NCBI RefSeq assembly: GCF_000760515.2
Contig: NW_013546711.1
Location: 1 to 64,000 of the forward strand
DNA from: Mitosporidium daphniae
Taxonomy: Eukaryota
Length of the DNA: 64,000 nt
Reading direction: 5' to 3'
Part shown: positions 35,668-50,415 of the stretch, piece by piece
How the letters are laid out: every line of letters begins with the position of its first letter
Numbering within the stretch: position 1 is the stretch's first letter
Translations under genes and position numbers: made by a program
The notes under the pieces: generated by a model
Seen by the model: the letters and a program-made list of their open reading frames with translations, nothing else
What the model was told of the DNA's origin: nothing
The model's database searches: none

Positions 35668-36387
35668 CTACAGAAAGCCGTTCCCGCCGCAACTACCAAG
35701 CAGCTCCATATCGTTGCTAAGAGCGTTTAAAAAAGGGTCGTCCGAAAGCGAAATGTCAAGCTCGTCGAAGCAGAGCGAGGTTGACGAAGTGGTTGCCATT
35801 GTAGGCTGTTTTAGCGTTGCAGTGGGCGCGGTGATTGGAGCATACACCAAAAGAGAATCCGAGCCCCTATTAAAATGTTCGTCATCGTCACCTGGAGACG
35901 AGGGCAATCCTTTGGACCCATCCTTTTCGATTCTTCTTCTCTTTGCTCGCTTATTTTGGAACCATATTTGGACAGCGCGACGAGACATACCCAGCTGCTT
36001 CTCGAGCTTTGCACGCATGTCTGCAGATGGATGTGGATGCATCTCAAAAGCAGCATTGAGCAGTCTGGACTCGGAAACCGATAGGCGTCTTCGTGTCTTT
36101 CTTGGCGGGAAGTATGGTGTTGGAAAAGACGAGTTGAGCCCATCTCCTCCGTTCACACCGATGGCCCATGTGTTTTGATTTGCTGCCGTAGGCGGTGGCA
36201 CAGTGGACGTCCATCCGGTCAGCATTATTGGGTACGACGAATTAACAAGGGAAGATGCCATCATTGGCTGTACAGCCGGATGCAGCGGGGCCATGATCAT
36301 TGCCATCGCTGCCATTCTATCATCCATTGTTTGGGGTGAAAATATATCAGTCGCTCCACAGGCTGAAATATTATTCATGTGGATCAT
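35668..36387 (-). CDS. Homeodomain transcription factor
   Basis: RKTRRR...LNAAF...PHPS...R.KL..QLGMS.RAVQIWFQNKRAK. Confidence 0.9.
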   Translation of the reverse strand: MIHMNNISACGATDIFSPQTMDDRMAAMAMIMAPLHPAVQPMMASSLVNSSYPIMLTGWTSTVPPPTAANQNTWAIGVNGGDGLNSSFPTPYFPPRKTRRRLSVSESRLLNAAFEMHPHPSADMRAKLEKQLGMSRRAVQIWFQNKRAKRRRIEKDGSKGLPSSPGDDDEHFNRGSDSLLVYAPITAPTATLKQPTMATTSSTSLCFDELDISLSDDPFLNALSNDMELLGSCGGNGFL

Positions 36388-36573
36388 AGTTTACGGTGCT
36401 GATAAGGAATACATTTAAACATTTGATGGAGTGATAGACAGGGTGTCAGCCCATCCACAGCCCAAAATCAAAGGTTTCCCATCGGGCTAGATACATTTGA
36501 GATATAAATTCAGATCTCAACAAGTGATTAAAAGTTCGCCGAAAAATGGACATCAATGCATTTGACTTGAACG

Positions 36574-37583
36574 TCAGGCGGAAAATAGAGGAAGAAAATG
36601 GCCCATCACAATGCGAGGCAGGTCAAACGGATCGCGCTTAACGTGAAGCCACAATAGAAAAGAAAGCGAGGATGTCTCAATTTTCAGGCTAAATGATTGG
36701 GGCGCCGACAGGTCGTTAGCAATGCATAGGTATCGTTTCCAATACAAAAATGCAGACTCGGGAGACATCAGTTCATAAATCCGTAAAGTGCCACTGGCAA
36801 GGATTTCCAGAGGTATTTTCAAGATCTGGCCAAACTCCCTATTTGCAGCGACAAGCTCCCCTGAGCTGCGCCAGAGTGCGACAGGCGTCCCCGATAGTCC
36901 CATGATGTAACTGGCCTCGGACACTTGACGTAGAAACGATTTTTCACAGTGAACGAGATCTTCACAGGAGAGATTCCTGATCGTGTCCAACAGCGCCACA
37001 TTGTAAATCTCAAATAGCGACAAAAATTCGGTCAGTTCTTTCTTATCGAAATTCTGCCTTTCGAGCCAAGTTAATAAAATTTTGTTTGAAGCATCGTAAT
37101 TGAAAGGAACAATGTCGCTGGATGAATAAATCGTTTCAATGGATCGGTCCAAATCCTGTTTTGTCAGTCTCCAATCAATAAAGCTACCTGGCGACGAAAG
37201 CGATGGAGCAAAGGAGGGCTCGTCGCTTGCGTAAAAGTCGGGGATTTCTACCAAGTCCCGCAAGTCCTTGTATTCTGACTTTAGTAAAAATGCATCTCCA
37301 AATTCATCATTCTGGATATCCAAAGCAGCTGGCGGGGCGTTAGATGTCGTTGTCGTCGTCGTCGTCGTCACGATGGCATCCTTAAGCAAGTACTTGCATA
37401 GCTTTCTTTGGCCCTCGACGCATTCTTGGTTCTTATTGAGACAAGGATTACATGGGCGTTCTACCAAGTGTAAGGTGTGCAAAAAGTACCTTCTGAGCAC
37501 TGTAAATGAGACCTCTGACAATAAAGGCATGCATGTATTATTTTTTTAGTCGCTGGTTTTACAGAAGAACTGGAAGAATCCAT
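36574..37583 (-). CDS. Zn(II)2Cys6 transcription factor, ERT1/RDS2 (AcuK/AcuM)-like with PAS-like C-terminus
   Basis: Spliced N-terminus ACLYCQRSHLQCSE|ERPCNPCLNKNQEC...RK.CKYL; C-terminal SGTPVALWR.SGE and VKRDPFDLP.IVMGHFLP. Confidence 0.85.
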
Positions 37584-37892
37584 TTGCGTTTTCAAAAATT
37601 AATTTATAGCAACCACTTCACGCCCAATAACCCCCTTCCTTTTAACACTGCAAACGAGTTAAAGGGGAAAATAATATCGTATGGAAACGAGACCCCCCTG
37701 CTCATGTAAATAGTCACGGTGTTTATTCAAATAAAAACAGCAATACCAGCTTGCTTTGCGGCAGCTTAAAATGCCCCGATTAACAAATGGCAAGCTCATG
37801 TTGATGAGAACTTGAACCCGGTTAAATGTGGCCAACCCCGATTGGGCGGGCGATTTTATTAAAATACTTTTTAAATTTTAAGCAAAAAGTAA

Positions 37893-39515
<1,623 letters not shown>

Positions 39516-39693
39516 TTTTTTATTTATATAATAAATGTCGAACTTTCATCGCATGCAATGTTGCATGGGCTGCTGACTTGCGTTGCCTACAGTCTAATGT
39601 TTATTATAACCGGATCGGCCATGCAAGGCTCAACAACACGGCATGTGTGTGTGTGTGTGTAGAGTGAATTGGCCCGTTTTGTCTAAATACACG

Positions 39694-41842
39694 CTACATG
39701 GGGAAAAGCAGGATCCTCTTTGACTTGAGGTCCGAACTCTTGCCATCGTTTTTGTCGCCATGACATATGGCATCTCCCTTTCTATATTTGCTTTCAACGG
39801 TGTTGCAAAGCGTCGATGTTCTGAGGTTCCTTTTTCCGATGCTGAAGTTTTCATTTGAATTTGATTGGCCCGCCGTATTTTTCAAGGCCTTTTTTGTCAG
39901 AACAGAAAGCGGCGATGCTGCCTTGCAAATCCGCTTTTTGGATGCACAAATTGGACTTGAGGGCGATGCTGAATGGGAATCCTTCAGTTTAAGAGGACAC
40001 TCGGACGACAATTGCTTCTCAATTGTCGATACCCTTTCGATGTCCACATTCTCCTTGTTGCTGGAGTTGGGCGTGCCATGAAGGGCGCGATGCTGAGAAG
40101 GAAAGAGCTTCTCAGCTTGTGGGTCTAAATTTCCCTTGGCAGGTGCGGGGGAATTTCCGATCGATGCAAAGGAAAATGGATGGTGGGGAAACTCCTCCGG
40201 ACACCGGGCGTTGATGGCATGCAATTGCAATGGTTGCGGTGCTGGAAAAGAGCCTGGATTTGCGGCCATGCTGCCTTGCAGCATCTTAGATTTGCCATCA
40301 TTGGGAGATTTAAGCGTCACTTTTGTGATGTTGAATCTTTTAGCAATCGGCGATGAGAGATTGAATATCGAATCAACATGGGGGCTTCTCAGTAGCGAGG
40401 TGTTTTCAGGATCATGCTCCGAATAAGACGATTCAATGCTGCTGTAAACCAAATTGTAATCGGCTGGATAAAGAGTCCTTCTCAGCGATCTCGGCACCTT
40501 TTGGTTGGCTGGCTCGGATAGGCTAAGTGGAGCCAAAATGGCTGAGGACAAGTAATCTTGGGACGAAATTTCTTGCGATGCTGTTTGGGAGGGATCGAGG
40601 AGAATCCGTTTAAACGAAGAGCTGATAAGCTCGTCTAAAGCCGAATAGTTTTTGGATGATTTTGCAAATTTCCGGTGGAACGGCTCTTTTATATGCTGAA
40701 AATTAACATCCACGCTAAACATACCTCGTCCATGTCCGTGTATTTTTCCAAGCAGCATTCGCAAAACCCTGGCTTTTTTACACGCTCATATCTAGACTTT
40801 TGATGTGCCATTGAAGACATGAAGCTATGGTGGACACCGACGTTCGATGAAACGCCCTTCGAAGAAACGCCGGACTTTCTGACCGACTGAACAAGAAATG
40901 GGCAAAATCCAAATGCAGCAGCAAGGTATAGCGTCGGATATGTCGCCACCTGGTTATTGTCGCCAGACGTTGCCGGCGGATATTCCTTAAAAATCGGCTT
41001 GTAATAGTGGAAAATATCTTGGATCATCACAAAATGATGCTCAAACAGCTTGAAATTCTCGGATGCTCTTTTTACTGTGGCAGAGGGCTTGATTTTCATA
41101 ATCAAAGACGTTGTCGATGCCGTCGATATTGTGTGTGTCAGCAACCTGGAAATCTTTGCCTTTTTTTCGATCTTGATTTTTCCAGACGATTCTTGAAGCG
41201 CCTGGAGGAGGCTTGAATTGTCCTTTGATTTTTTGTGCGGCACTTTGACATTGAGCGACCGTAGGATGGTAAATAGCTCTACCGATAAAGTAAATGCTTG
41301 CAAACGCCATACGGTTGATCGACCAAATTGTAATTTTCATTTCAAGCGCCTTTTTTATAAGATCCAAGGACCGCTGTCTTTCAGACCCGACCGTGGCGGA
41401 AAGAATCATCGCAATTGACCTGAGAGTTGCTAATAACTAGACTTACTTGCAATCGGATGGCGAAAACACCGAAACCGGCGTCAACAACCCCTCCTTTGTT
41501 GGCTTCCAGGTGGTCGATGAAATTGGACTGGCCATTGGAGAGGGACAGAGCGCCGATTTTGGCGGCTCCTGCGGCTGAGACACCCGTGCATCGATCCTTA
41601 GCTTTCTCAAATCGTCCGAGGACACTCTGTTTGTAACCATGTGTGTCACATCGATACTGAAGAAGCTTGTAACTTTCTACGGCAATTAAACCAGACAAAA
41701 ATACCAGTCCAATCGACGAAAGCGTAGAAATCAATTTGGCAGAAAGATCCCTGTCCTCAATGTCCAGGTAAAATAGAGAGCATGGCGAAAGAGAGGGAAA
41801 GTGCACATTTGCCGATGGCGCGGCGAGTCGAGCAGATTGCAT
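39694..41842 (-). CDS. DBF4: DDK regulatory subunit Dbf4, multi-exon
   Basis: BRCT-like N motif (FYLD...), M motif (MIQD....YKPI.KEY), zinc finger KKPGFCECCLEKY.DMDE|HIKEPFHRKFA. Confidence 0.85.
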
Positions 41843-41932
41843 GTAAAAATTGGGCGCATTATTAGCCCTCAAATGGAAGGTTTACAAATTAAAGTTTCCG
41901 GTTGAAATTATTTTTCACAAAGCTGAAGCTTG

Positions 41933-42172
41933 ATGTCGTCGCTCTTTTATGACGAGATCGAAATCGAGGACTTTGAATTTAACGCGTCCGAGCAAATTTA
42001 TTCGTATCCTTGTCCCTGTGGCGACCGCTTTCTTATCCATCTCGATGAGCTCGCCCAAGGCGAAGAGGTGGCACGGTGTCCCTCTTGCTCGCTTATGATC
42101 AGGGTTATCTACGACGCCGTCCAATTTGCTTCATCCCCCATGAAGCTATCGGAAGAGGCGATTTCTGTATAA
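41933..42172 (+). CDS. DPH3: Diphthamide biosynthesis protein 3 (Kti11)
   Basis: [11 protein letters not shown]...[10 protein letters not shown]...[18 protein letters not shown]. Confidence 0.97.
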   Translation: MSSLFYDEIEIEDFEFNASEQIYSYPCPCGDRFLIHLDELAQGEEVARCPSCSLMIRVIYDAVQFASSPMKLSEEAISV

Positions 42173-42582
42173 ATGCTCGTTGAGGAGCAGAAAATTTCGG
42201 CGTACATTTTCGTTTTCGGGATGTACATCCCATAATGCTATTTTTTTAATAAACGCTTTAATGGTGCGCTTTTTTATTTCAAGCGTTTTAATTTTTGTTC
42301 TTGGACAATCAGTGTGGATCCTTGATAACGGTGGATCCTCAACTTTTGCACCCGAGATAGAATGTCTGTCACATGCCTGGGCACCTGCACATTAGCGATA
42401 GCATTGAGTGAGCGGGAATCAGGACGTGCCCATTTATACACACACATAAATTAACAATGGCCCACACGCACCAATAGGACTGCCGTATTATTAAGGCGCC
42501 TTTTTATTTTACCAAGTTTACAAATTTGTTGCCCTAATTATTTTGTAACACTGCTTCGTTGGCCTCGGAAGGTTTTTCAAAC

Positions 42583-43398
42583 ATGTTGCAAGATCTGTTC
42601 CATACCAATGAAGACGATGCCGTCGCCGCCAGTTCTGGAGGCCAACCCCCACAAACGGTCCGGTCCTTTTCACATCATATGAAAACTCGACCCGTCGAGA
42701 TAAAGCTAACCCTGCTCAACCAACATCACTCACTCTGGGCAAATTGCCTATGGAATGCCAGTGTAGCAATTGCAGATCTGCTGGAAACAACGTTTCTTCC
42801 CCATTGTAGCGGAAAGCGTGTTCTTGAACTGGGATGCGGCGCGGGCCTCCCATCGCTTGTAGCGCATCAGCTTGATGCAAAGGAGGTCCTTCTCACCGAA
42901 TATCCAGAAGAAACCCTTTTAAAGATTGTTAACCAAAACATTTCTATAAACATCAAAAAGGGATCCTCCCATATCAAGGCTAGCGGTCTGCGATGGGGAG
43001 ATCGGCAGGAGATATCCAAAATCCGCGCTGCCTATCCAGATGGCTTTGATTTGATTATTCTCTCTGATTTGATTTTCAACCACTCTCAGCATATCCCGTT
43101 GTTGGCCACGGCATCGGCTCTTCTCAATAAAAATAGCCGCGACGCCATGCTTTTAGTGGCCTTTTCTCACCATCGGCCACACAAAATAAGCGAGGATTTG
43201 AACTTTTTCCATCTGGCTGCACATGGCCGCGCTCCCGAAGAGGCTGGACACAACGACACCTTTCCGGGGCTTTCTTTTCCGCCATTTATTGTGGTGAAGA
43301 CAGATACCATCGTGATGCAACCCATGTTTGAACATGACAAGGGCGACCCTGTGATCCGCTCCCAGGTCCATGTGTACACCCTAAAGCATGCCCAGTAA
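42583..43398 (+). CDS. EFM7: Protein N-terminal/lysine methyltransferase Efm7 (Nnt1)-like
   Basis: HSLWA..LWNA, VLELGCGAGLPSL, FDLIILSDLIFNHSQH, FSHHRP, MF..D.GD..IRS.V. Confidence 0.85.
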   Translation: MLQDLFHTNEDDAVAASSGGQPPQTVRSFSHHMKTRPVEIKLTLLNQHHSLWANCLWNASVAIADLLETTFLPHCSGKRVLELGCGAGLPSLVAHQLDAKEVLLTEYPEETLLKIVNQNISINIKKGSSHIKASGLRWGDRQEISKIRAAYPDGFDLIILSDLIFNHSQHIPLLATASALLNKNSRDAMLLVAFSHHRPHKISEDLNFFHLAAHGRAPEEAGHNDTFPGLSFPPFIVVKTDTIVMQPMFEHDKGDPVIRSQVHVYTLKHAQ

Positions 43399-43909
43399 TT
43401 ATTTAAACGACTGTACTCACTGCATGCTCGTTGATGCAATCACTAGGATAACGACATAAGTTTATTCAACACCATGTGGCATTTACTTGCTGCACTCCGC
43501 TTCAAACTCTTTGCCGTTTGAAATGGCCAATAATCACACTTGCACATCGGCTGGTAAGTTGCATGCCCAAATTCAATGGATTAATTTTCACATCGCACTT
43601 GGAAACTGGCGGCTTTGTGCATTTGAATTATCTCAACTGGCCACCTGCAAATGTGATACTGGCTCATCAAAAAGATCAATATCCATAGCATGAACCGGCG
43701 GCCTCCAGTGGCAATTTAAATACCCCAACCGCTGCAAGGTTTCAATTGACTCGAACAACAAATTACCGACCGGCACGCATAAACAGAAAGTTTGTAAAAA
43801 AATTAACCACTGGGCGCCCCGCCATATCGAAATCATAGTTGATAGAAAAAAAGAATTAAGTCTCTGCGCAGTGAACATAATTTGATTATAAAGCGTAGAA
43901 ATGGCACGC

Positions 43910-45952
43910 TCAACAAGAAAGCTCGTTGTTTGATGGAGTGACATTCCACAAATCGGCAAAAGGGCCTGGAACGGCAAGCAAATCTTTCCAGTGGCCTTCT
44001 TGGAGAATAATCGGCTGTTTTGACATATCACTGCCAACTACAACAATCCAATCGGAAAAGTTTGCTACCGTTGGGATCGAATGTGTGACCATAACGAGAG
44101 GAATATTTCCAAGACCATCAAAGAGCGCCTCTAACACTCTGACTTCGGTAAGTGTGTCTAGCCAGGCAGTTGGTTCGTCCATAATGACCATCTCAAGGGC
44201 AGGAAGAGCTTGTCCATCCATTAATGGGGACGACAAATAGTTTCTTGCAAAAAGCCTCGCAAACGCTCTTGCAATCAAAACCCGTTGCCTTTCTCCGCCA
44301 GAAAGGCTACAACCGCGCTCGCCAACCTCCCTTGTCATCATCTCCAGTGGGAGATTGGCGGCAAGCATTGCATTTTGAACGATCTCCTTCAATTTGTCAT
44401 TTTGCAGGGGTGTCAGTTTTGCTTCCGGTTCGACCCCGTATGCAATATTTGCAAAGATGCTTCTAGAAAAAAGCTGCGAGACGTCTTGAGGGATCCAAAT
44501 GCATCGAGATCCCAGCTCCATGGCAAGTCTGCGTGCCAAAGTCGATTTTCCTCCACCAGAAGCCCCAACCAGCAATATTCGCCGCTTTCCAACCGGAAAC
44601 AGTGAACATGTACCCACATGGTGTATACTGGGTCCTTGTAGATCCAAACCTATCGATCCTTTCGCTTGCTGTTTGACTGCATCATCATATACCATGATCG
44701 CCTTGTGGCTAGTCGTGGAATCCTTCCTAGAGAGCATTTGGAGAAGAGACTCTACATCAGCGAGGGACTGGCGTCCCTCTCTATACGCCACTCCGAGAAA
44801 CCCAAGCGGATTTGCTAGTTGAAACAGAAGCCCGTGCATCAAAACGAGATCACCAGGTGTGGTTACAGCGCCTACAAGTCCAAGCCAAAGCATTGCTGCC
44901 ATAGAGCTTGTAATCAGAACACCTTGGACGCCGTTGAGAATGGCAAGCGAGGAGGCCGTTTTCAACGACGATTTCTCAAAATTCTCCAAAAGTCGTTCAT
45001 GTCTGCAATTCTCGACGACCCTTGCCTTTGGTGTTGTGTGAATGGCCTCGCTATTCAAAATGGACTCCAATAATGAGGCAGAGACTGCTGTCTCTGCGGC
45101 ATTCATTTGTGCACGAACAGAGAGCCTCCACTCCGAGATCACCATGGTCAATGTGGAGTAGAGCGTGACCCCGGTAATGGAAATGGCTGCGACATGCCAT
45201 CCAAAGTACGACCACAGCATACCAATGACCACGAGACACTCCAAAATTGTCGGCGTAATGTTCAGAAAAAGCGACGAAGTCAGGCCCTGAAGTGCTCTGG
45301 CACCCCGATCCAGGATTTTAATCACGTGGGCAACCGGTCGGCCAGTATCTCCTTGCCTCTCTAAAACGGGACTGGTAAGGGACTCGAATGCATATCGATT
45401 AATGTCTCTGATGACACCCTGTGTAACTTTTGAGAAACAAACGTTTCTCAACTCTACGAACCATTAAATTGATCTCGTTATCATACCGCCACTAAGCACG
45501 GACGCAAGGCGGGCCGCCGTCCACCCAAGCAATAGAAAAAACGGGGCACCAAGCATCGAAGATGCATCGGGAGCCACAACGGTAGAATCGATGATTTTCT
45601 TGAAAATCAGCGGTACTTGCACGTTGAGAACTTTGCTCAATGCCAGCAGCCCAATGGCAGAGCCAATCAATATCCTTCGCTGATTGAGAAAAAACGGCTC
45701 TTCCCGCCAGATAAATTTTTTCCATAAAAGCGCCAACGTGCCAATTGGATCCTTGGCTCCTGATTTTTTGACGACAGAGTAGCAACGTAAATTGCAGCCC
45801 CATGGCGCAAATGGTTTTGGAACAAGCATATTTCTGACATGGGGCGGTGCCAAGAATTTGGCATCCACAACAAAAGGCTGTGAAAAAACGGATGAGGCTC
45901 GCGTGGGCCATTGAGGGAGTATCTTTGAACGTCCAAAGCGAAACAGAGACAT
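43910..45952 (-). CDS. ATM1: Mitochondrial ABC half-transporter Atm1 (ABCB7), divergent
   Basis: SKVLNVQVPL.FK.IID, ELRN.CFSKV.Q, LKTASSLA.LN..Q, GDLV..HGLLFQL..PL.FLG..YRE.RQSL.D, Walker A GASGGGKST, LSGGERQR, DEPT. One intron. Confidence 0.9.
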
Positions 45953-46244
45953 CGATAAAGCTTAGGCTGTCAATGAAAAAGCCACTCGCAATTAAAATTA
46001 ATTTGTGCTGAAAAATAAGTTCAGCTCCAAGTCAATTGAGAGATATTTTTGGCGAACATGAGATCCACATTTGGAGATAAAAATGGCTGGCAAGTGCAAT
46101 CGATGTGTGATTACTTTAAATTGTCGACCTTTGACGAGAGAACATTTGAAACACCTTGATTGAACCTGCACCTCGCATCCAGAAGACGTTGTGAGGCTTG
46201 CACGCCGACACGGGTTTGGACAAAATTTATTGCAAACAAACAAG

Positions 46245-47334
46245 TTACTGATATGCAGATCCATTGGCATCGCCAATGCAAGTGAGCAGCGGGACGATTT
46301 TGAAATTCCTTCTTATTATAAGGCTGATAATATCCTCTTGCTGTAAAAGCGTGGGCTCATAAAGATCATGCTGAAGCGAGATCCAACCGGGAGACTCGCG
46401 CGTGCCTGTGGCCACAGCAGCCTCATGGCTCGAGAGCCCGATATTGTTCGGCGGAAGGGCAGCCACAAACGACGCATATATCCTTGAAGGATGCTTACGG
46501 TAGTGCCTCCAATCATTTGAATCCAAGTTCCACAAGATGATGGTGTAATTCAACTGCTTCTGCAGAATGTTTTGCACACGCTCGTTGATTGAGCCATATG
46601 GGGGTCTCATAAACTTTGGGCGGACACCTACGAGTTGGAAAGCATATGGTACCCGCAGAGGCAAAGATCATGTCTGAAGTCTTTTTCATCTCGTCGATGA
46701 TTTCTTCGTCTGGGATGGTAGTAAGATCCGGATGGCTCCACGTGTGCGAGCCCAATACATGGCCCTCGGCGACAATTCTCTTGATAGTTGCTCGAGAAGA
46801 AGAAGTGTTAATATTTGATCCGATGACAAAAAAGGTTCCCTTGACTCCATAATCCCGAAGAATGTCGAGAATGCCATCTGTGAAGGAAGAGGGACCATCG
46901 TCAAAGGTGAGCGAAATAGCTTGTGGAATTGAGCATCCATAAAAGATCTTCTTGGATGAGACGGACCCTTTCTTGTCATTATTTTTGGGTTTCGGTTTTA
47001 CATCAAGTGACCTTTTGTCGTCAGCAGAAAATGCTTTTGCTTGGGGAGATGCAAAGTCAGTGGTGATTTCTTTTTTTGCAGGCGTATTCAGAGAAACGGT
47101 GGTCAGTGTGGAGTCCCAACATCCAAATATACATCCACTTTTGATGGTGCAGTGCTCTTCCGTATTTCCACAATGCCCATATTTGAAGCAACATGGATAG
47201 CTATGTGGACACACGTCCTTTGCCGTTTCCAGGGTGCATTTTATGGCGTCCACAATAAACGAAGAGTACGACAGACAAAAAAAGATCACAAGAAAAATGT
47301 TGCGCATAAACATATGTGGAAGAAGGAACCGCAT
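46245..47334 (-). CDS. Chitin deacetylase (CE4/NodB) with N-terminal CBM18 chitin-binding domain
   Basis: Signal peptide; C..C....CC.KYGHCG...HC; TFDDGP, HTWSHPDL, |RPPYG, LWNLDSNDW, LQHD. One intron. Confidence 0.93.
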
Positions 47335-47398
47335 CGATGCATCTTCTTATAAACGATCCAAAGATAAATTTTCATGATAAAGCATCGATTTTGACATG

Positions 47399-48030
47399 TC
47401 AAATGTTGGGGCCAAACAAATGGCGATAATACCAGCACTCTTGAAAGACTTCAATTTTTCGGAGAAATTTGAAATTCAGCGATTTGAACAGCCCAATGCT
47501 GGCGTCGTTCGATTCTAGGATCTTTGCAATTGCAATGCACGAGATTTCCTGTCCATTCAGTACGGCTTCTAAAGCGTTAAAACAATGCATACCGACATGG
47601 GAAATCAAATGCTCCAATGACTCTTTTGCAAATCCCTTTCTCCTGTTTTGAGAGTCGCCAATCATCACCTGAAGCTCGATCACCAGATCTGCCGACAGTG
47701 AGGGATGCTGGAATTCCTCGACCGGGCATAGCGTTGCATTAAGATCCCCAACCATCGTGTTATCGTAAATATCCTCTGCAATGATTGAGATCATCTCAGG
47801 ATCCCTTTCCCATCTGGCTTGGCATTGATATTGCTCCTCAATAGATGGAAAGCATTCCGAAGATGTGTTCTCTATGAGAGGATGAATGGAGATTGATTAC
47901 CAAGATTTTCTGGATCCGACATCCACTGATGATACCTTGGAACATGGCTCTTTGCATAGGGGACGTATCTTAGTCTGGCAGAAGGCTGTGAGCAGGCGGC
48001 TGTAACAATTTTTTCCTTTGGAAACATCAT
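47399..48030 (-). CDS. NAT9-like GNAT acetyltransferase
   Basis: LRYVPY.K.HVPRYHQWMSDPE, MVGDLN, ELQVMIG....RRKGFA.E, N.ASIGLF.SL.F. One intron. Confidence 0.85.
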
Positions 48031-48141
48031 GGTGTCAATGGGGATGGGATTTAAATTTTTATTCCGGAAATGTTTCCTACACTAAAAATCTTGAAAATTT
48101 ACAAGTAAAACTCAACGTCCCCTCTCCTCTCTAGCCAGGTA

Positions 48142-48759
48142 TCAATCAGAACGCCTTGATGAGAACAGGGTAAATAGGGTTCCGGTGATGACAGCAGCAA
48201 CGCCGCCCACAATAGCAATCCCGATCAGACCATCTACACAAATGAAAGGGACATCCAGGAACCTCTCGAAATTTTCTTTTTTATCAGGCGCTGTACGGCA
48301 AGTGCCTGTTCATTGGTTGGCTCGAAAGCCAAGAGGTCGTTTACGCATTTTCTGGCAGCCACGAGATCATCTTGGCGGTAGTAAGCAATCGCCAAATAAT
48401 ATAGACAATCTCGCTTTCTATCTGGAGATCGCTCGAGCAACTCTATCGATCAGAGAAACAGGACAACCTTTCAGCATAAGTATGCCTTTCTTGCAGTCAT
48501 TTTGGTACTTACTGCGAGTCAGTCCCCATGCATAGGAAAAAGTGACATCGTCTGTTGGCCCGTTTTTACCATCCCTTGTCTCTTTTTCATATACAAGTTC
48601 AAGAGCCTAAAAAGGTAACCATTGCAAAGCTACCCTTAGCTCTTCAATGGAAATTTCCAAAGCATTGATCTCAGGTGCAAATGAAATATACGAAGAATTG
48701 GAATCGCCATCGGAATCGCAAGATTCCAATATACTACCAATCGAGGAAAATGATGGCAT
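48142..48759 (-). CDS. FIS1: Mitochondrial fission protein Fis1
   Basis: FSYAWGL.RS, KRDCLYYLA...Y, LL..EP.N.QA, |DGLIGIAIVGG C-terminal tail anchor. Confidence 0.92.
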
Positions 48760-48996
48760 TTGAAAGGACATCGAATGAAAATATAAAATCGAGTGGATTT
48801 TAAATTGACCCTAAATCATCATCATCATCATGATGATGAAAACTTTTAGTTGGACTTTAAACTGCCCGTAACACACCGGTGCATTTATTCCTTGACGGCC
48901 CATTGGTGTGTACACAATGCCAAGGCCTTTTAAATGCATTTATTTGCAATTAATTTGAAAATATCGACAAATTTGACCAGTTGCCTTTTGATGGGA

Positions 48997-50415
48997 TTAA
49001 TTGGCCACTTTTTTGTCGCCAGTTGCCAGTAATTCCTTGAGCGATGCATGCTGAAAGGCGTAGAAAATCCGCTCGGTAGGCGAAAGGTTTCCATTTTCCG
49101 AAAGACAGCATTCAAGATTCAGTATGATATCCAAAGCAATCGATTTGCTCAACATGACAAGCTCGTTTTTGCTTGAACATAACAGTGGAAGTTGATATGA
49201 AAATAAAATAAATAAATTAGAAATGATCGAGTGTTGCTTGACAAACTTTTCTATTATTGGCTGGCCGCCAATCTTTATGCTTGATTGGATGCACTACAGG
49301 AAATTTCAATAAAAAGCTCGTACCTCGAGAATGGCAACCATGTCCGGCAAGCAAGATGCGCTCGATATTGAAAGCAAGTGAACCAGCAGGTGCTCGATGA
49401 TATGCCTTTTGCGAAAGATCTCTTCATCCAGCGAATTTTTCATTCCTTGGCGAAGGATTTTCAATATGAATGATCTTTTGACGGGCGCACTTTCTGGGAT
49501 GGTAGAAAACCAGAAATTGGTAAAAATAGGAAGGTCGTTCGAAATCAAAGTCGAATGAGAAATTAAAATTTTTACCAGCTCCGAATAAAGAGCGATCGAA
49601 AAGCTCGGCAAAGACGACAAAGCAGATGGCTGCTGATGGTTTTCAACCGTTAATACATTAGCATATTCGGCAAATAGCCTTGCAACAATGGGGGCCAGCT
49701 GTGTCTTGCCAGATGAAACGTCCCGCCGGTCTTGTTCGGAAAAGATATTCTGTACAAGTGTGGAGAGCCATCGTACAAGCCGCATCTCTGGAAAATCCTC
49801 GTTTACGATATTTGGAAGGAGAAATATTCTTTTAGAAAAAATATCAAGACATTGGAAGGCACCCTCTCGCATATAAGGACATTCTGAAGAAAGCATCACG
49901 ACCAACACAGCAAAGCAGTGGTGTGAAAAGAATAGTCGAAGAAACTTGCGATCAGCGGCCACGTTGCAGGGGTGATACCGAAGCAAAATCAAAAGGTAAT
50001 ACACCAAAAATTCTGGATCATAAATACTTTCGTCCATAAAGGGAAATGCAGGGTTTTCGTCGCTACAGCGATGTCCGGTACCAACAGCAGGGGTGAGGCA
50101 AAGATGCAGCGGGAAAAACTGAATCGTTTTGTACAGCCTACTTTTGTTGAGCGAATATATCCAGGCAGTAGGGTCACTCAGCTTGAACAAGGTGTTTGGT
50201 TTTGGGGCTGGACCTTCCAAAGCCAAAGACTGGGTGTTTCGACCTGCAAAGAGGACCTGATGTGCCAGAACAAGGTAAGAAGCATCCCGATCCATGTTCT
50301 TGATTTCCCTGAAAACCTTCCTATCCAAAGCGCTCAAAGAGGCCCCATACGTGCAGACGGTAGCCCATGCGACGCTGTCTATCATAAAGCCTTTTAAAAT
50401 ATATAAAGTTGACAA
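48997..50415 (-). CDS. Urb1/Npa1 C-terminal (NopRA1-type) domain protein; 5' end uncertain (no further than ~50.9 kb)
   Basis: IYDPEFL, VMLSS....MR..AF..L, LPIF..FW.S, FILKIL..GM....D..IF.KRHI.E.LL resemble the Urb1 C-terminal domain. Last exon ends at 48997. Confidence 0.6.

Noticed and set aside
48815..48839. (TCA)n(TGA)n palindrome as a box C/D snoRNA or terminator
   Set aside because: A simple trinucleotide microsatellite inversion with no box D or guide region.
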